Below, one piece after another: positions 40,276 through 49,956 of a stretch of 64,000 nt of DNA (position 1 is the first letter of the stretch; each line of letters starts with the position of its first letter). This stretch comes from a bacterium UBP8_UBA817. GTDB lineage: Bacteria; Margulisbacteria; Marinamargulisbacteria; SXXA01; SICP01. The position numbers and the translations under genes are program-made. Below the pieces are notes generated by a model that saw nothing but the letters and a program-made list of their open reading frames with translations, did not search any database and was not told the DNA's origin. Location: contig CAMDGG010000003.1 of the NCBI GenBank assembly GCA_945898045.1, positions 10,529 to 74,528 of the forward strand. The letters are read 5' to 3'.

Positions 40276-41226
40276 ATGCAGAAAATACTAGCTTTTGATT
40301 CTATCGGGGAGGGAATAAACCAAGCGTTTATTGTTTCTGATCTATTGGATCTAGGTCATTGTCTTCAAGTAGAAATACCTACCGCGGACACCTTGATTTC
40401 AGGAGATCTTAAAGAAAAGCTACAAAAGTTAATGTACTTTAACATAATCCCATTTGAAAAAGCGTTATCTAGGTTTCCAGATGTTATAAGGCAGTGTGGA
40501 GCCATTAGAGACTTATTCGGAAAAGAGTCCGTAACTTACCGCGATACTATAAATGCTATACTTTTACTGGTAGATACGGCAGAAACTTTACTGATGAGTG
40601 AAAATTCGAGTTTAAAAAACCATGGATTTTATGCGATTAAGACTCATGCTGAGCGTGTAGAAAATATTTGCCATCAATTCCCAAAGATCTGCCTTTTACC
40701 CTTATATGGGCCAAAGGGGTTATTCTCTTTAGACCTAATTTTGCAAACGATGCTCGAAGCCAAAACTGAAAATGGCCAGTTATCGGAGGTTATTTGGCCA
40801 TTTTCTATTTGCCCTGAATGGGCTGATGCAGATGGCAGATCCGTTGGGCCTGCTGCTGTCGGACGACACGATAGGGTTCATCTACAAATATTCGAAAGTG
40901 TTTTATTTAGGCACACAACAGACGAAGGAAAGGCGTATTATAAGGAATACTTGCCATTTGAAATCGTGCAGAAAGGCATATGGAAAATGCTTTCCCAGAA
41001 TTTAGACAAAGAAGAAAGAAAGTATCTAGATATGATTAATTTTTACGGACTACATGAGGATCTAAATGACTTCTTACAAATTTTAGATGACCGGAATAAG
41101 GTGGATAATTCAAGGAACTTCTTAAAAAGAGTTTCAACCTTATTTTTGAAAGATTCCGAAATTCCGGAGACCCTTTTGAAGGTGTTTTTAAAGTTGCGTA
41201 GTCAGATGCCCAGTACGGACACCTGA
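40276..41226 (+). CDS. Hypothetical protein (no family recognised)
   Basis: 316 aa, apparently helical and soluble, with no signal peptide and no motif I recognise. A GAGGA ribosome-binding site precedes the ATG. Confidence 0.4.
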   Translation: MQKILAFDSIGEGINQAFIVSDLLDLGHCLQVEIPTADTLISGDLKEKLQKLMYFNIIPFEKALSRFPDVIRQCGAIRDLFGKESVTYRDTINAILLLVDTAETLLMSENSSLKNHGFYAIKTHAERVENICHQFPKICLLPLYGPKGLFSLDLILQTMLEAKTENGQLSEVIWPFSICPEWADADGRSVGPAAVGRHDRVHLQIFESVLFRHTTDEGKAYYKEYLPFEIVQKGIWKMLSQNLDKEERKYLDMINFYGLHEDLNDFLQILDDRNKVDNSRNFLKRVSTLFLKDSEIPETLLKVFLKLRSQMPSTDT

Positions 41227-41240
41227 CTAGCCCCTAATTT

Positions 41241-43751
41241 CTAAGCAATATCTCCAAGTGAAAGTTGTGGCGTAATAGCAGGTGCTTCAACAACATCGTC
41301 TTTCATGACTTCACTCATTGCCATAACCCGATCGCCCTTATCAAGCTTCAAGATACGAACACCCATCGCTTCTCTGCGTTGTGTTGAGATCGAGCTAATT
41401 TGCTGACGACACATCGTGCCATTTTTGGTTACAACCATAATTTCATTTTCTTTTTGCGCAACAATGGCATCTGTCACTTCTTCACCTTTCACAGTCTTTC
41501 TGAACTTCAGACCACGAACCCCAATGCCGCCACGCTTCTGACATTTAAATTCATCTACATGTACATTTTTACCATGTCCATTAGACGTAATGATGAGTAA
41601 GTTGGCTTTGCTTTCAGGATCAATCATTGCCATACTGACAAGTAAATCTTGCGCCTTCACTTTAATGCCCTTAACACCGCGGGACACACGGCCCATCGCA
41701 CGTACTTGGGTTTCATTGAATCGAATAACCATACCCGCCGATGTCACGAGAACAATGTCCCGATCCCCAGTTGTACGCGCAACCCATTTCAATTGATCTC
41801 CGTCATCCAGTGTTAATGCAACAATCGGACGATTTTTGAAGTGAATAAATGCATTGATAGGCGTCTTCTTGATAATGCCGTTTTTGGTCGTCATAAACAA
41901 GTAGTCATCGGTATCAAATGAACGTACCGGAATCGCCGCACTAATAATTTCGCCTTCTTCCAATTGCAAGAAGTGCCCAATCGACACACCTTTGCTTTGA
42001 CGAGACGCTTCAGGTACTTGATAGACCTTGGTTTTAAATACGCGTCCCTTGGTGGTGAAGCATAAGAGATAATCATGTGAACTGGTCACAAACAATTGAT
42101 CTACAATATCTTCTTCGCGTGTCGTGATACTACTTACACCACGTCCACCTCTAAGTTGGCTACGGAAAAGATCAATCTTCATCCGTTTTACAAAGCCTTT
42201 TTTAGAGAACAAAACAGCAACCTGTTCGTCAGGAATCAAGTCTTCATAGTTCATAAGACCCACAGCATCCCCAATACGGGTTCTACGTGCGTCTCCGAAA
42301 CGGTCTTTCATTTCTAATAATTCGGTTTTGATAATTGTATTTACACGAGAATCATTCGCCAAAATATCTTCAAGATCTTTAATCGTTTCAAGTAGCGCTG
42401 TATATTCTTGCTCAATTTTATCTCGCTCAAGTCCAGTCAAACGTTGTAAACGCATTTCCAGAATCGCGCTAGCCTGTTTGTCTGATAGTCCAAATGTAGA
42501 GATTAAGCCCTGACGCGCTTCTTCTGTATTGGGCGATGCTTTAATGAGTGCAATAACCTCATCAATATGTTGAAGTGCAATGCGTAAACCTTCTAAAATA
42601 TGGAGACGGTCTTTTGCTTTATTAAGATCAAATTGGCTTCTACGAACAATAATTTCTTTTCTGTGTGCAACATAATGCGTCAGAATTTCTTTAAGCGTTA
42701 ATGTCTGAGGAATACCGTGAGCCAAAGCCACCATGTTAACCCCAAACGTTGTTTGAAGCTGAGTGTGTTTATACAATTGGTTGAGAACAACCTCAGGCAT
42801 CGCATCTTTTTTAAGCTCGATATAAATACGAAGTCCTTTACGGTCAGATTCATCCCGAAGATCCGCAATATCCGTAATCTTCTTTTCTTGAACCAATTCC
42901 GCAATCTTAATAATTAAATTGGCCTTATTCACCTGATACGGAATTTCGGTCACGATAATCGCAAGCTTATTCTTTTTCTTGGATTCTTCGATTTCAGTTT
43001 TGCTCCGAATCAAGATACTCCCACGACCCGTTCTATAGGCTTTTTCTATCCCTTCCGTGCCACAAATAATGCCACCTGTTGGAAAATCTGGCCCTTTAAT
43101 ATGTTCCATTAACATTTCAACGCTAGCTTCTGGATCATCAATCAACACGCAAAGCGCATCTACTAATTCATTTAAATTATGAGGCGGAATATTAGTCGCC
43201 ATTCCAACCGCAATACCAGCTGTTCCATTCAAAAGTAGGGTAGGGAGCTTAGCCGGTAGAACCGTAGGTTCTTGTAATGATTCATCAAAGTTGGGCACGA
43301 ATTGTACGGTATCTTTATCAATATCTTCCAAAAGAGGCATACAAATACGGGACATGCGGGCTTCTGTATATCGCATCGCAGCCGCATTATCACCATCTAC
43401 CGATCCATAGTTCCCTTGTCCATCAATTAACGGGTATCTCAGTGAAAAGTTTTGAGCCATACGTACCAACGCGTCATAAACAGAACTGTCACCATGTGGG
43501 TGATACCGTCCCAAAACGTCCCCGACGATACGAGCACATTTCTTGTAAGGGCGACCTGCAATAAATCCTGCGTCGTGCATTGCGTACAGAATACGTCTAT
43601 GCACAGGTTTGAGTCCGTCTCTGACATCTGGCAGCGCACGTCCAACAATAACGGACATCGCGTAGCCCATATAAGAGGCTTTCATTTCATCTTCAATACG
43701 AATTAAATTAATATTTTGGTTTAAATATAAATTTTCTTGTGTGCCTTCCAT
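41241..43751 (-). CDS. gyrA: DNA gyrase subunit A
   Basis: [29 protein letters not shown] and [10 protein letters not shown] (catalytic Tyr) are present, with a C-terminal beta-pinwheel. Confidence 0.97.
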   Translation of the reverse strand: MEGTQENLYLNQNINLIRIEDEMKASYMGYAMSVIVGRALPDVRDGLKPVHRRILYAMHDAGFIAGRPYKKCARIVGDVLGRYHPHGDSSVYDALVRMAQNFSLRYPLIDGQGNYGSVDGDNAAAMRYTEARMSRICMPLLEDIDKDTVQFVPNFDESLQEPTVLPAKLPTLLLNGTAGIAVGMATNIPPHNLNELVDALCVLIDDPEASVEMLMEHIKGPDFPTGGIICGTEGIEKAYRTGRGSILIRSKTEIEESKKKNKLAIIVTEIPYQVNKANLIIKIAELVQEKKITDIADLRDESDRKGLRIYIELKKDAMPEVVLNQLYKHTQLQTTFGVNMVALAHGIPQTLTLKEILTHYVAHRKEIIVRRSQFDLNKAKDRLHILEGLRIALQHIDEVIALIKASPNTEEARQGLISTFGLSDKQASAILEMRLQRLTGLERDKIEQEYTALLETIKDLEDILANDSRVNTIIKTELLEMKDRFGDARRTRIGDAVGLMNYEDLIPDEQVAVLFSKKGFVKRMKIDLFRSQLRGGRGVSSITTREEDIVDQLFVTSSHDYLLCFTTKGRVFKTKVYQVPEASRQSKGVSIGHFLQLEEGEIISAAIPVRSFDTDDYLFMTTKNGIIKKTPINAFIHFKNRPIVALTLDDGDQLKWVARTTGDRDIVLVTSAGMVIRFNETQVRAMGRVSRGVKGIKVKAQDLLVSMAMIDPESKANLLIITSNGHGKNVHVDEFKCQKRGGIGVRGLKFRKTVKGEEVTDAIVAQKENEIMVVTKNGTMCRQQISSISTQRREAMGVRILKLDKGDRVMAMSEVMKDDVVEAPAITPQLSLGDIA

Positions 43752-43760
43752 GATTCTCTC

Positions 43761-45773
43761 CTACACGTCAATCCAGCGGACGGTCTTCGCATATTTTTCA
43801 ATAAATGCTTTTCTCGGTTCCACTTCACTTCCCATTAAGATCGTAAAGATTTCATCGGCTTGTTCAGCATCTTCAAGATTCACACGTAACAACGTCCGGG
43901 TATCTGGATCCATTGTGGTATCCCAAAGTTGGTCCGGATTCATTTCTCCCAAACCTTTGTAGCGTTGAATCACTGCTTTATCACGACCTAGTTCTTGCAG
44001 GGTCGTTTCCAATTCTTTTTCATTGTACAAATACCGTTTGGTATTGCCTTTCTTAACCAAAAACAAAGGGGGCTGTGCGATATACAACGTACCCGCTTCA
44101 ATCAAAGCGCGTGCGTGTCTAAAGAAAAACGTAAGCAGCAAAGTCCGTATATGCGCACCATCCACATCAGCATCGGTCATGATAATAATTTTGTGATATC
44201 TCAGTTTTTTTAATACGGCTGGTAACTCAGGAATAAGCTCCACTTGACCGTCTGCGTCGACAGCTACAGGCGCAATCGCATCCTCATCATCATCCGTATT
44301 AGAAAACCCAGAAATTGCTTCTGGACCAATCGCTGTAATCAAAGACCGAATTTCTTCGTTAGCCAAAATCTTGTCCAAACGTGCTTTTTCAACGTTTAGT
44401 ACTTTACCGCGCAATGGCAAAATCGCTTGAAAATTCCGATCCCGACCTTGCTTGGCAGAACCACCCGCAGAATCTCCCTCAACCAAATAAATCTCACAAC
44501 TCTCAGCATCTTTATTAGAACAATCTGCCAATTTTCCAGGCAAAGTCGTGCTTTCAAGAGCGCTCTTACGACGGGCCAAATCTTGTGCCTTACGGGTTGC
44601 TTCACGAACACGCTGTGCAATAAGTGCTTTATTAATAATTTGTTTACCCATACGAGGATTGGTTTCAACAAAGTCTGTCAAACCTTCGTCAACCATAGAA
44701 TCGACAATTCCCTTAATGTCAGAGTTGCCTAATTTTGTTTTGGTTTGGCCTTCAAACTGAGGGTTAGGAAGCTTAACGCTGATAACAACGGTCAAGCCCT
44801 CTTTAAGATCAGACCCAGTTAGAGTCTCTTTCTTATCTTTAATAAGATCATATTTTTTAGCAAAACTATTCATAACGCGGGTCAATGCAGAACGGAATCC
44901 TGCAACGTGTGTACCGCCTTCTCTTGTACGAATGTTATTGGCAAACGAGACGACATTTTCGTCGTAGTAATCAGAAACATACTGAACGGCGACTTCAATT
45001 TCATAATCCTCACGCACTTTTTTAATGTACATTGGAGGCGTAAATAAAATCTCTTTATTGGCATTCAAAAGCTCTACATAAGATTTGATCCCACCTTCAA
45101 AAGAGTAGAGGGCTTCAACAGGCGTTTCTTCACGCGTATCTTTAAATGAAATGGTAATACCAGGATTTAAGAACGCCAATTCTTTCAGACGGTGATCAAT
45201 GACTTCACAGGTGAAATCAACTTCTTCAAAAATCTGAGCATCCGGTTTAAACCGAATAAGCGTTCCGGTCGGTTGACCTGGTAACTCTGAGAAATCACCC
45301 ACCAATTTTTCTGGGATACCACGACGATAACGTTGTGTATATCGTTTCTGATCCCGATTTACTTCTACTTCTAGCCATTCTGCCAATGCGTTTACAACAG
45401 ACACACCCACGCCGTGCAAACCACCCGAAATTTTATAGCCCTTACCTTCAAACTTTCCACCTGCGTGCAACGTCGTCATAACAACTTCAACCGCCGGCAA
45501 ATTTTTCTCTTTATGCAAATCGATCGGAATTCCACGACCATTATCAGAAACAGTAACAATATTTCCAGGCTCAATAGTAACAAAAACATGCGTACAATAT
45601 CCCGCCATGGCTTCATCAATACTGTTGTCAACAACCTCAAAAACCAAATGGTTCAGACCTGCTTTACCTGTAGAACCAATATACATACTCGGGCGTTTAC
45701 GAACCGCTTCCAGCCCTTCTAATACCTTGATTTCGTCCGCACCATACGAGGTGGTTGTCTGTTGTTGAGCCAT
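43761..45773 (-). CDS. gyrB: DNA gyrase subunit B
   Basis: YGADEIKVLEGLEAVRKRPSMYIG, LHGVG, EGDSAGG and MTDADVDGAHIRTLLLTFF are present. It lies directly upstream of gyrA. Confidence 0.97.
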   Translation of the reverse strand: MAQQQTTTSYGADEIKVLEGLEAVRKRPSMYIGSTGKAGLNHLVFEVVDNSIDEAMAGYCTHVFVTIEPGNIVTVSDNGRGIPIDLHKEKNLPAVEVVMTTLHAGGKFEGKGYKISGGLHGVGVSVVNALAEWLEVEVNRDQKRYTQRYRRGIPEKLVGDFSELPGQPTGTLIRFKPDAQIFEEVDFTCEVIDHRLKELAFLNPGITISFKDTREETPVEALYSFEGGIKSYVELLNANKEILFTPPMYIKKVREDYEIEVAVQYVSDYYDENVVSFANNIRTREGGTHVAGFRSALTRVMNSFAKKYDLIKDKKETLTGSDLKEGLTVVISVKLPNPQFEGQTKTKLGNSDIKGIVDSMVDEGLTDFVETNPRMGKQIINKALIAQRVREATRKAQDLARRKSALESTTLPGKLADCSNKDAESCEIYLVEGDSAGGSAKQGRDRNFQAILPLRGKVLNVEKARLDKILANEEIRSLITAIGPEAISGFSNTDDDEDAIAPVAVDADGQVELIPELPAVLKKLRYHKIIIMTDADVDGAHIRTLLLTFFFRHARALIEAGTLYIAQPPLFLVKKGNTKRYLYNEKELETTLQELGRDKAVIQRYKGLGEMNPDQLWDTTMDPDTRTLLRVNLEDAEQADEIFTILMGSEVEPRKAFIEKYAKTVRWIDV

Positions 45774-45873
45774 AATATCTCCTTAAACGCTTATAAAATA
45801 TTAATTAGGTAGGGGGGGATTCAAAAAACAAATTCATCATAGCATGAACCGTTAATGTGGTTAAGGGCGGATT

Positions 45874-46845
45874 CTACTTAAGCGCCCGCGCCATCTCTTT
45901 CGCATAATACGAAATAATTAATTGTGCCCCAGCGCGTTTCATAGCCATAAAAGTTTCCTGAAACACCGCAGCTTCATCCAATAGTTCTAGACCAGAAGCG
46001 GCCTTGACCATCGCATATTCACCAGACACATGATACGCCACAACCGGCACCAAAAAGCGATCATGAACTGCCCGAATAATATCCAAATATAACGTGGCAG
46101 GCTTCACGATTAGAAAATCAGCACCTTCTTCCACATCCAATTGCGCTTCCAAAAGGGCTTCGCGAGATTGAGACGGTGCCATCTGGTGATGCTTGCGATC
46201 CCCAGAAAATTGACCAGATCCAGCCGCTTCACGAAACGGACCATACAACGCAGACGCATATTTCGCCGAGTAAGACATAATCGACACCTGCTGATAACCC
46301 GCCTGATCCAAGGCCCTCCGAATCACCCGTACCATACCATCCATCATGCCAGAAGGCGCCACAACATCGGCCCCCGCTTTTGCATAACTACACGCAATAC
46401 GCGCTAACCGAGACAACGTCCCATCGTTATCCAAAACCCCGTCTTTCAAAACCCCACAATGTCCATGATCCGTATACTCACACAAACAGCAATCCGCAAT
46501 CACCACCAAATCAGGAAATTGCGCTTTAATCATACCAATCGCCAACTGAACAACCCCATTAGGATTATCCGCCTCAGACCCCAATCCATCTTTCTTCTCA
46601 GGAATTCCAAACAAAAGCACAGCCTTAATCCCACTCTCAACACAATCGCGCACTTCATCCAGCAAAGACGTAAACGATTGCTGATAAATACCCGACAAAG
46701 ACTTAATCGCACGAGGAGAAGACAACGCCTCATTCACAAAAATAGGCATTACAAAATCATCCGCATCTAACCGCGTCTCAGCCACAAGATCCCTTAAAGA
46801 ACCTGTGCGCCGCAACCGTTGCAAACGATGATCTGGAAAAGACAT
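45874..46845 (-). CDS. hemB: Porphobilinogen synthase (delta-aminolevulinate dehydratase), zinc-type
   Basis: Full-length HemB-like sequence. The Cys-rich metal site DCCLCEYTDHGHCG and the Schiff-base lysine context (FLIVKPA) are present. Confidence 0.95.
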   Translation of the reverse strand: MSFPDHRLQRLRRTGSLRDLVAETRLDADDFVMPIFVNEALSSPRAIKSLSGIYQQSFTSLLDEVRDCVESGIKAVLLFGIPEKKDGLGSEADNPNGVVQLAIGMIKAQFPDLVVIADCCLCEYTDHGHCGVLKDGVLDNDGTLSRLARIACSYAKAGADVVAPSGMMDGMVRVIRRALDQAGYQQVSIMSYSAKYASALYGPFREAAGSGQFSGDRKHHQMAPSQSREALLEAQLDVEEGADFLIVKPATLYLDIIRAVHDRFLVPVVAYHVSGEYAMVKAASGLELLDEAAVFQETFMAMKRAGAQLIISYYAKEMARALK

Positions 46846-47033
46846 GATCTAACTATCTTAATTAGGGGCGGGTTTGTCAACTCATCTAGTTTAGATTTAC
46901 GATGCTTCTAACGTTCTCTTAGCTAATTCTATGGCAGATCTCTGGAAATCAGTGCCTTGAAAGAAAGGAGAAAGAATTTCTAGAATTTGTTTGGCAGCTG
47001 GCTTGTGTTCTGTAGGCTGAGATTCACCAAACT

Positions 47034-47306
47034 GTGAAGACCCGATACATAGTACCCCCCTGGGTTGGTGAGCTTTGTCAAAACGTAACATTTATCGCTA
47101 TACAGTTTAAGGACAATCAGAGAGTATACGGATGGCCTAAAGAATGGCCCTCAGATCCAAGCAAAGGACATTTTGTAATTGCCGATCCATCTTGGGTTGA
47201 CAATGATGGTAAAGAAACTAGAATTACCGGTGTCACGGCCATCATGATAGATGTAAATGATATAAAATGGCTAGAATTCTATAAACGAAATACAGGAGAA
47301 ATATGA
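47034..47306 (+). CDS. Orphan ORF, possibly the C-terminal remnant of a longer gene
   Basis: 90 aa from a GTG start. The protein-like segment YGWPKEWPSDPSKGHFVIADPSWVDNDGKETRITGVTAIMIDVNDIKWLEF matches no family I recognise. The upstream sequence is broken in all frames. Confidence 0.3.
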   Translation: MKTRYIVPPWVGELCQNVTFIAIQFKDNQRVYGWPKEWPSDPSKGHFVIADPSWVDNDGKETRITGVTAIMIDVNDIKWLEFYKRNTGEI

Positions 47307-47386
47307 TGGGAAAAAAAGGATCTAACCCTCCTCCGCCTACGGTAGGTCGTCCAGCTCCAGCTCCACCCCCACCAAGACCTAGATAG
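47303..47386 (+). CDS. Proline-rich micro-ORF (27 aa: MMGKKGSNPPPPTVGRPAPAPPPPRPR)
   Basis: AGGAGAA lies just upstream of the tandem ATGs, and the start overlaps the stop of the 47034-47306 ORF (ATGATG/TGA). It is too short for the ORF track, and its coding status is unproven. Confidence 0.3.
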   Translation: MMGKKGSNPPPPTVGRPAPAPPPPRPR

Positions 47387-47394
47387 AGCCAATC

Positions 47395-47553
47395 CATGTC
47401 GGCTTTGGCATCTACAAGCGTTCTAAGCACCAATAAAAATGCTTCTCTATTTTGAGCCTCTTGATAATCCTCAAGTGCGGGCTATAAATAGGTTCGTGCT
47501 TCTTTCGGATTATTTTTTAGTCTTTCCGTTAATACATCCCGCCACTTTCTCAT
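47395..47553 (-). pseudogene. Remnant of a HigA-type (addiction-module antidote) antitoxin with an in-frame stop and no HTH domain
   Basis: The minus-strand translation from ATG 47553 (GGAGA upstream) is MRKWRDVLTERLKNNPKEARTYL*PALEDYQEAQNREAFLLVLRTLVDAKADM. It resembles the N-terminal ...DPEFAAxYLNAALEE...FLLALRDVAxAxGGM segment of that family. It is interrupted by TAG, and the expected HTH does not follow. Confidence 0.4.
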
Positions 47554-47599
47554 TTTAAGTTCTCCGCAAACTACTTCTATTAAAAAAGGAACAAGCCCC

Positions 47600-48079
47600 A
47601 TGCCAAATCAAATCATAATAGACGTCCGTGAACGCGATGAATATGCCAAAGAATATGTGGAAGGATCGATCAATATTCCCTTGTCTCAATTACAACAGAT
47701 CGCATCTCTTAGCTCCCTGTTGGCAGATAAAAAGATTCTACTTATGTGTCAGTCTGGGAAGAGGGCGGGTATGGCGAAAGATCGTTTGGCTGGTGAGTCG
47801 ATTTCGTGCGAAGTGATTGCGGGTGGAATGTCTGCTTGGAAATCGGAGGGCAAGCCTGTTTTTTCTGTGAAGCGTAGAGTAACTATTTCTATTTTTAGAC
47901 AAGTGCAAATTATTGTTGGTGGATTGGTGTCCTTGTTTTCATTTTTGGCGTACGGCGTTTCGGTGCAATTTTCGTTGGTGGCCGGTGTATTAGGAACCGC
48001 TTTATGTGTTGCGGGTGTTTTTGGATTTTGTTTATTGGCAGAAGTATTGGCCAAAATGCCTTGGAATAAGGCGTTGTGA
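47600..48079 (+). CDS. Rhodanese-domain protein with C-terminal DUF2892-type membrane hairpin (YgaP-like)
   Basis: IIDVRERDEYAKEYVEGSINIP, the active-site loop CQSGKRAG and two C-terminal TM helices are present. Confidence 0.8.
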   Translation: MPNQIIIDVRERDEYAKEYVEGSINIPLSQLQQIASLSSLLADKKILLMCQSGKRAGMAKDRLAGESISCEVIAGGMSAWKSEGKPVFSVKRRVTISIFRQVQIIVGGLVSLFSFLAYGVSVQFSLVAGVLGTALCVAGVFGFCLLAEVLAKMPWNKAL

Positions 48080-48086
48080 TTTTTAT

Positions 48087-49853
48087 TTAGTTATTAATTT
48101 CTGGCAAAAAACCATGGGCCTGTAGTTTCCATAAAGTTTGATAGTGTCCCTGTGTGGTAAGAAGTTCTTCGTGAGTCCCATCTTGTACTATTTTCCCGTT
48201 ATCAAAAACCAAGAGTCTATCCATTTGAGACAACGTAGAAAGTCTGTGGGCTATGACGAGCGTTGTTTTGTTTTTCATCAGATGGTGTAGGCTTTCTTGA
48301 ATTTGGGCTTCTGTAACAGAATCCAGGGCTGAAGTGGCTTCATCAAGGATTAAAATAGGCGCATTTTTTAGAAGAGCTCTTGCGATAGAAATGCGTTGAC
48401 GCTGGCCGCCAGAAAGTTTGATGCCACGCTCGCCGACCAAGGCTGCATAGCCTTCGGGTATTTCTTGTATAAAGTCGTGGCAATGTGCTTGTTTTGAGGC
48501 TAAAATCACCTCGTCATCTGTGGCGTCTAATCGACCATATCGTATATTTTCCATCAAGCTACGATGAAAGAGAGAGGTATCTTGAGGAATCATCGAAATG
48601 GCATTGTGTAATGACGTTTGTGTAACAGTAGCAATATCTTGATTATCAATGACAATCTTTCCTGATTCCAACTCAAAAAACCGAAGAATTAAATTAACAA
48701 AAGTGGTTTTTCCCGAACCTGAAAACCCGACGAGTCCTACTTTTGTGCCTCCTGGAATATGAACAGTTAGGTCGTCAAAAATAGGGGGCTTGTTATAACG
48801 AAACGTTATCGCATCAAATGCAATCGCGCCAAGAGTAGGCTTTAATCGTGTTGCCATGGGGAGATCTTTAATATCATGGTCTTGCGTGACGATGCTGAGT
48901 GCCTGCTTGCAGGTGCCTATTTCTTGTGCAAAGCGTACAAATTGATTGGTTACTTGCCAGAGCATATCTACAATTCGTGCGATTAAAGACAAAATAAGGA
49001 CAAAGTCTCCTACGGTAATCAAAGACTTAGATCGTGCCCACAATAAGGCCCAAATCATCACGCCGACCATAGAGGTGATGCTCAACATAAGCACCGTTCT
49101 CGCGAGAATTAAATGCCATTGCATGCGGCGATCTTTAACAACGATGTCATTGGTGAAGTCCAATAAATAGTGATTTTCAAAAGAATGTCTCGCAAAAAGC
49201 CTAACGGTGATCATATTTGAAAGGCTGTCCACAATTTTGCCCGACACGGTACTTTTGGCTTCGGAGTATGCTGTCGCGAAGGGTTGGCATTTTTGGGAAA
49301 AAATCCAAGAGAATCCTATGAAAAAGATAGCCCAAACACCAAAAATAAACGCAAATAAAGGTCGTACGCTGTACATGGTAACAAGTACCGACGTGATGCC
49401 CAAAACAGAGGCGACGCACGTGTCCATAAACATCTGCAAAATTTCTGAAACGCCTCTCACCATATCCATTACTTTATTAGAAAGAGAGCCTGCAAAATTA
49501 TTTTGAAAGTAGCCATAAGAATGGTTTTCTAAATAAGTAAACATGGCATGCTGAACATCGCGCTTAAGATTGGGTAAAAAGCGCATCAGAAGAAAATCGT
49601 AAAACCTAAAGGTCATGCCAAGCGCAAGAGAAAGACCTATATATCCCAATGCCGGCCATTTTACGATGTTAAAAAATTCGGAAGAGTCTCCTTGAAATGT
49701 GCTCACTCTATCTACAAGTAGCTTGAGTGCATAGGGTAGAAGGGAGACATGTAGTGACCACAAAACGCTCACCAGAAAGAGGCCTACGATATAGCGTTTG
49801 TAGGGCCTTAAAAAATGAAAAAAGAAAGGAGTGATCGTTTTTGGGAGTTTCAT
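48087..49853 (-). CDS. ABC exporter, fused permease/ATPase (MsbA/multidrug type)
   Basis: It has six N-terminal TM helices, Walker A GFSGSGKTT, signature LSGGQRQRISIARAL and Walker B ILILDEATSALD. Confidence 0.9.
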   Translation of the reverse strand: MKLPKTITPFFFHFLRPYKRYIVGLFLVSVLWSLHVSLLPYALKLLVDRVSTFQGDSSEFFNIVKWPALGYIGLSLALGMTFRFYDFLLMRFLPNLKRDVQHAMFTYLENHSYGYFQNNFAGSLSNKVMDMVRGVSEILQMFMDTCVASVLGITSVLVTMYSVRPLFAFIFGVWAIFFIGFSWIFSQKCQPFATAYSEAKSTVSGKIVDSLSNMITVRLFARHSFENHYLLDFTNDIVVKDRRMQWHLILARTVLMLSITSMVGVMIWALLWARSKSLITVGDFVLILSLIARIVDMLWQVTNQFVRFAQEIGTCKQALSIVTQDHDIKDLPMATRLKPTLGAIAFDAITFRYNKPPIFDDLTVHIPGGTKVGLVGFSGSGKTTFVNLILRFFELESGKIVIDNQDIATVTQTSLHNAISMIPQDTSLFHRSLMENIRYGRLDATDDEVILASKQAHCHDFIQEIPEGYAALVGERGIKLSGGQRQRISIARALLKNAPILILDEATSALDSVTEAQIQESLHHLMKNKTTLVIAHRLSTLSQMDRLLVFDNGKIVQDGTHEELLTTQGHYQTLWKLQAHGFLPEINN

Positions 49854-49956
49854 ATCGATGCCAGGATACTCTTGTAGATTTTTTTTGGGAACCGTATCCT
49901 GCCTGATAAATTTCTTAATAGTTTATGCCCCCAACTAACCAACGCAGGAGTAACTC

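Noticed and set aside
46141-46770. Arg/His/Asn-rich ORFs lie on the plus strand opposite hemB (88 and 103 aa).
   Set aside because: They are compositional artefacts opposite a clearly conserved hemB.
46897-47091. A 64-aa minus-strand ORF was considered as the missing HTH half of the antitoxin remnant.
   Set aside because: Only a vague resemblance (KQILEILS versus LxxVLxALG). I could not align an HTH convincingly, so no call was made.
47242-47433. A 63-aa Gly-rich ORF (MVLRTLVDAKADMDWLYLGLGGGGAGAG...) lies on the minus strand.
   Set aside because: It is the in-frame continuation of the interrupted antitoxin-like remnant, not an independent gene. Its Gly-rich part mirrors the Pro-rich plus-strand micro-ORF, so at most one of the two strands is coding.
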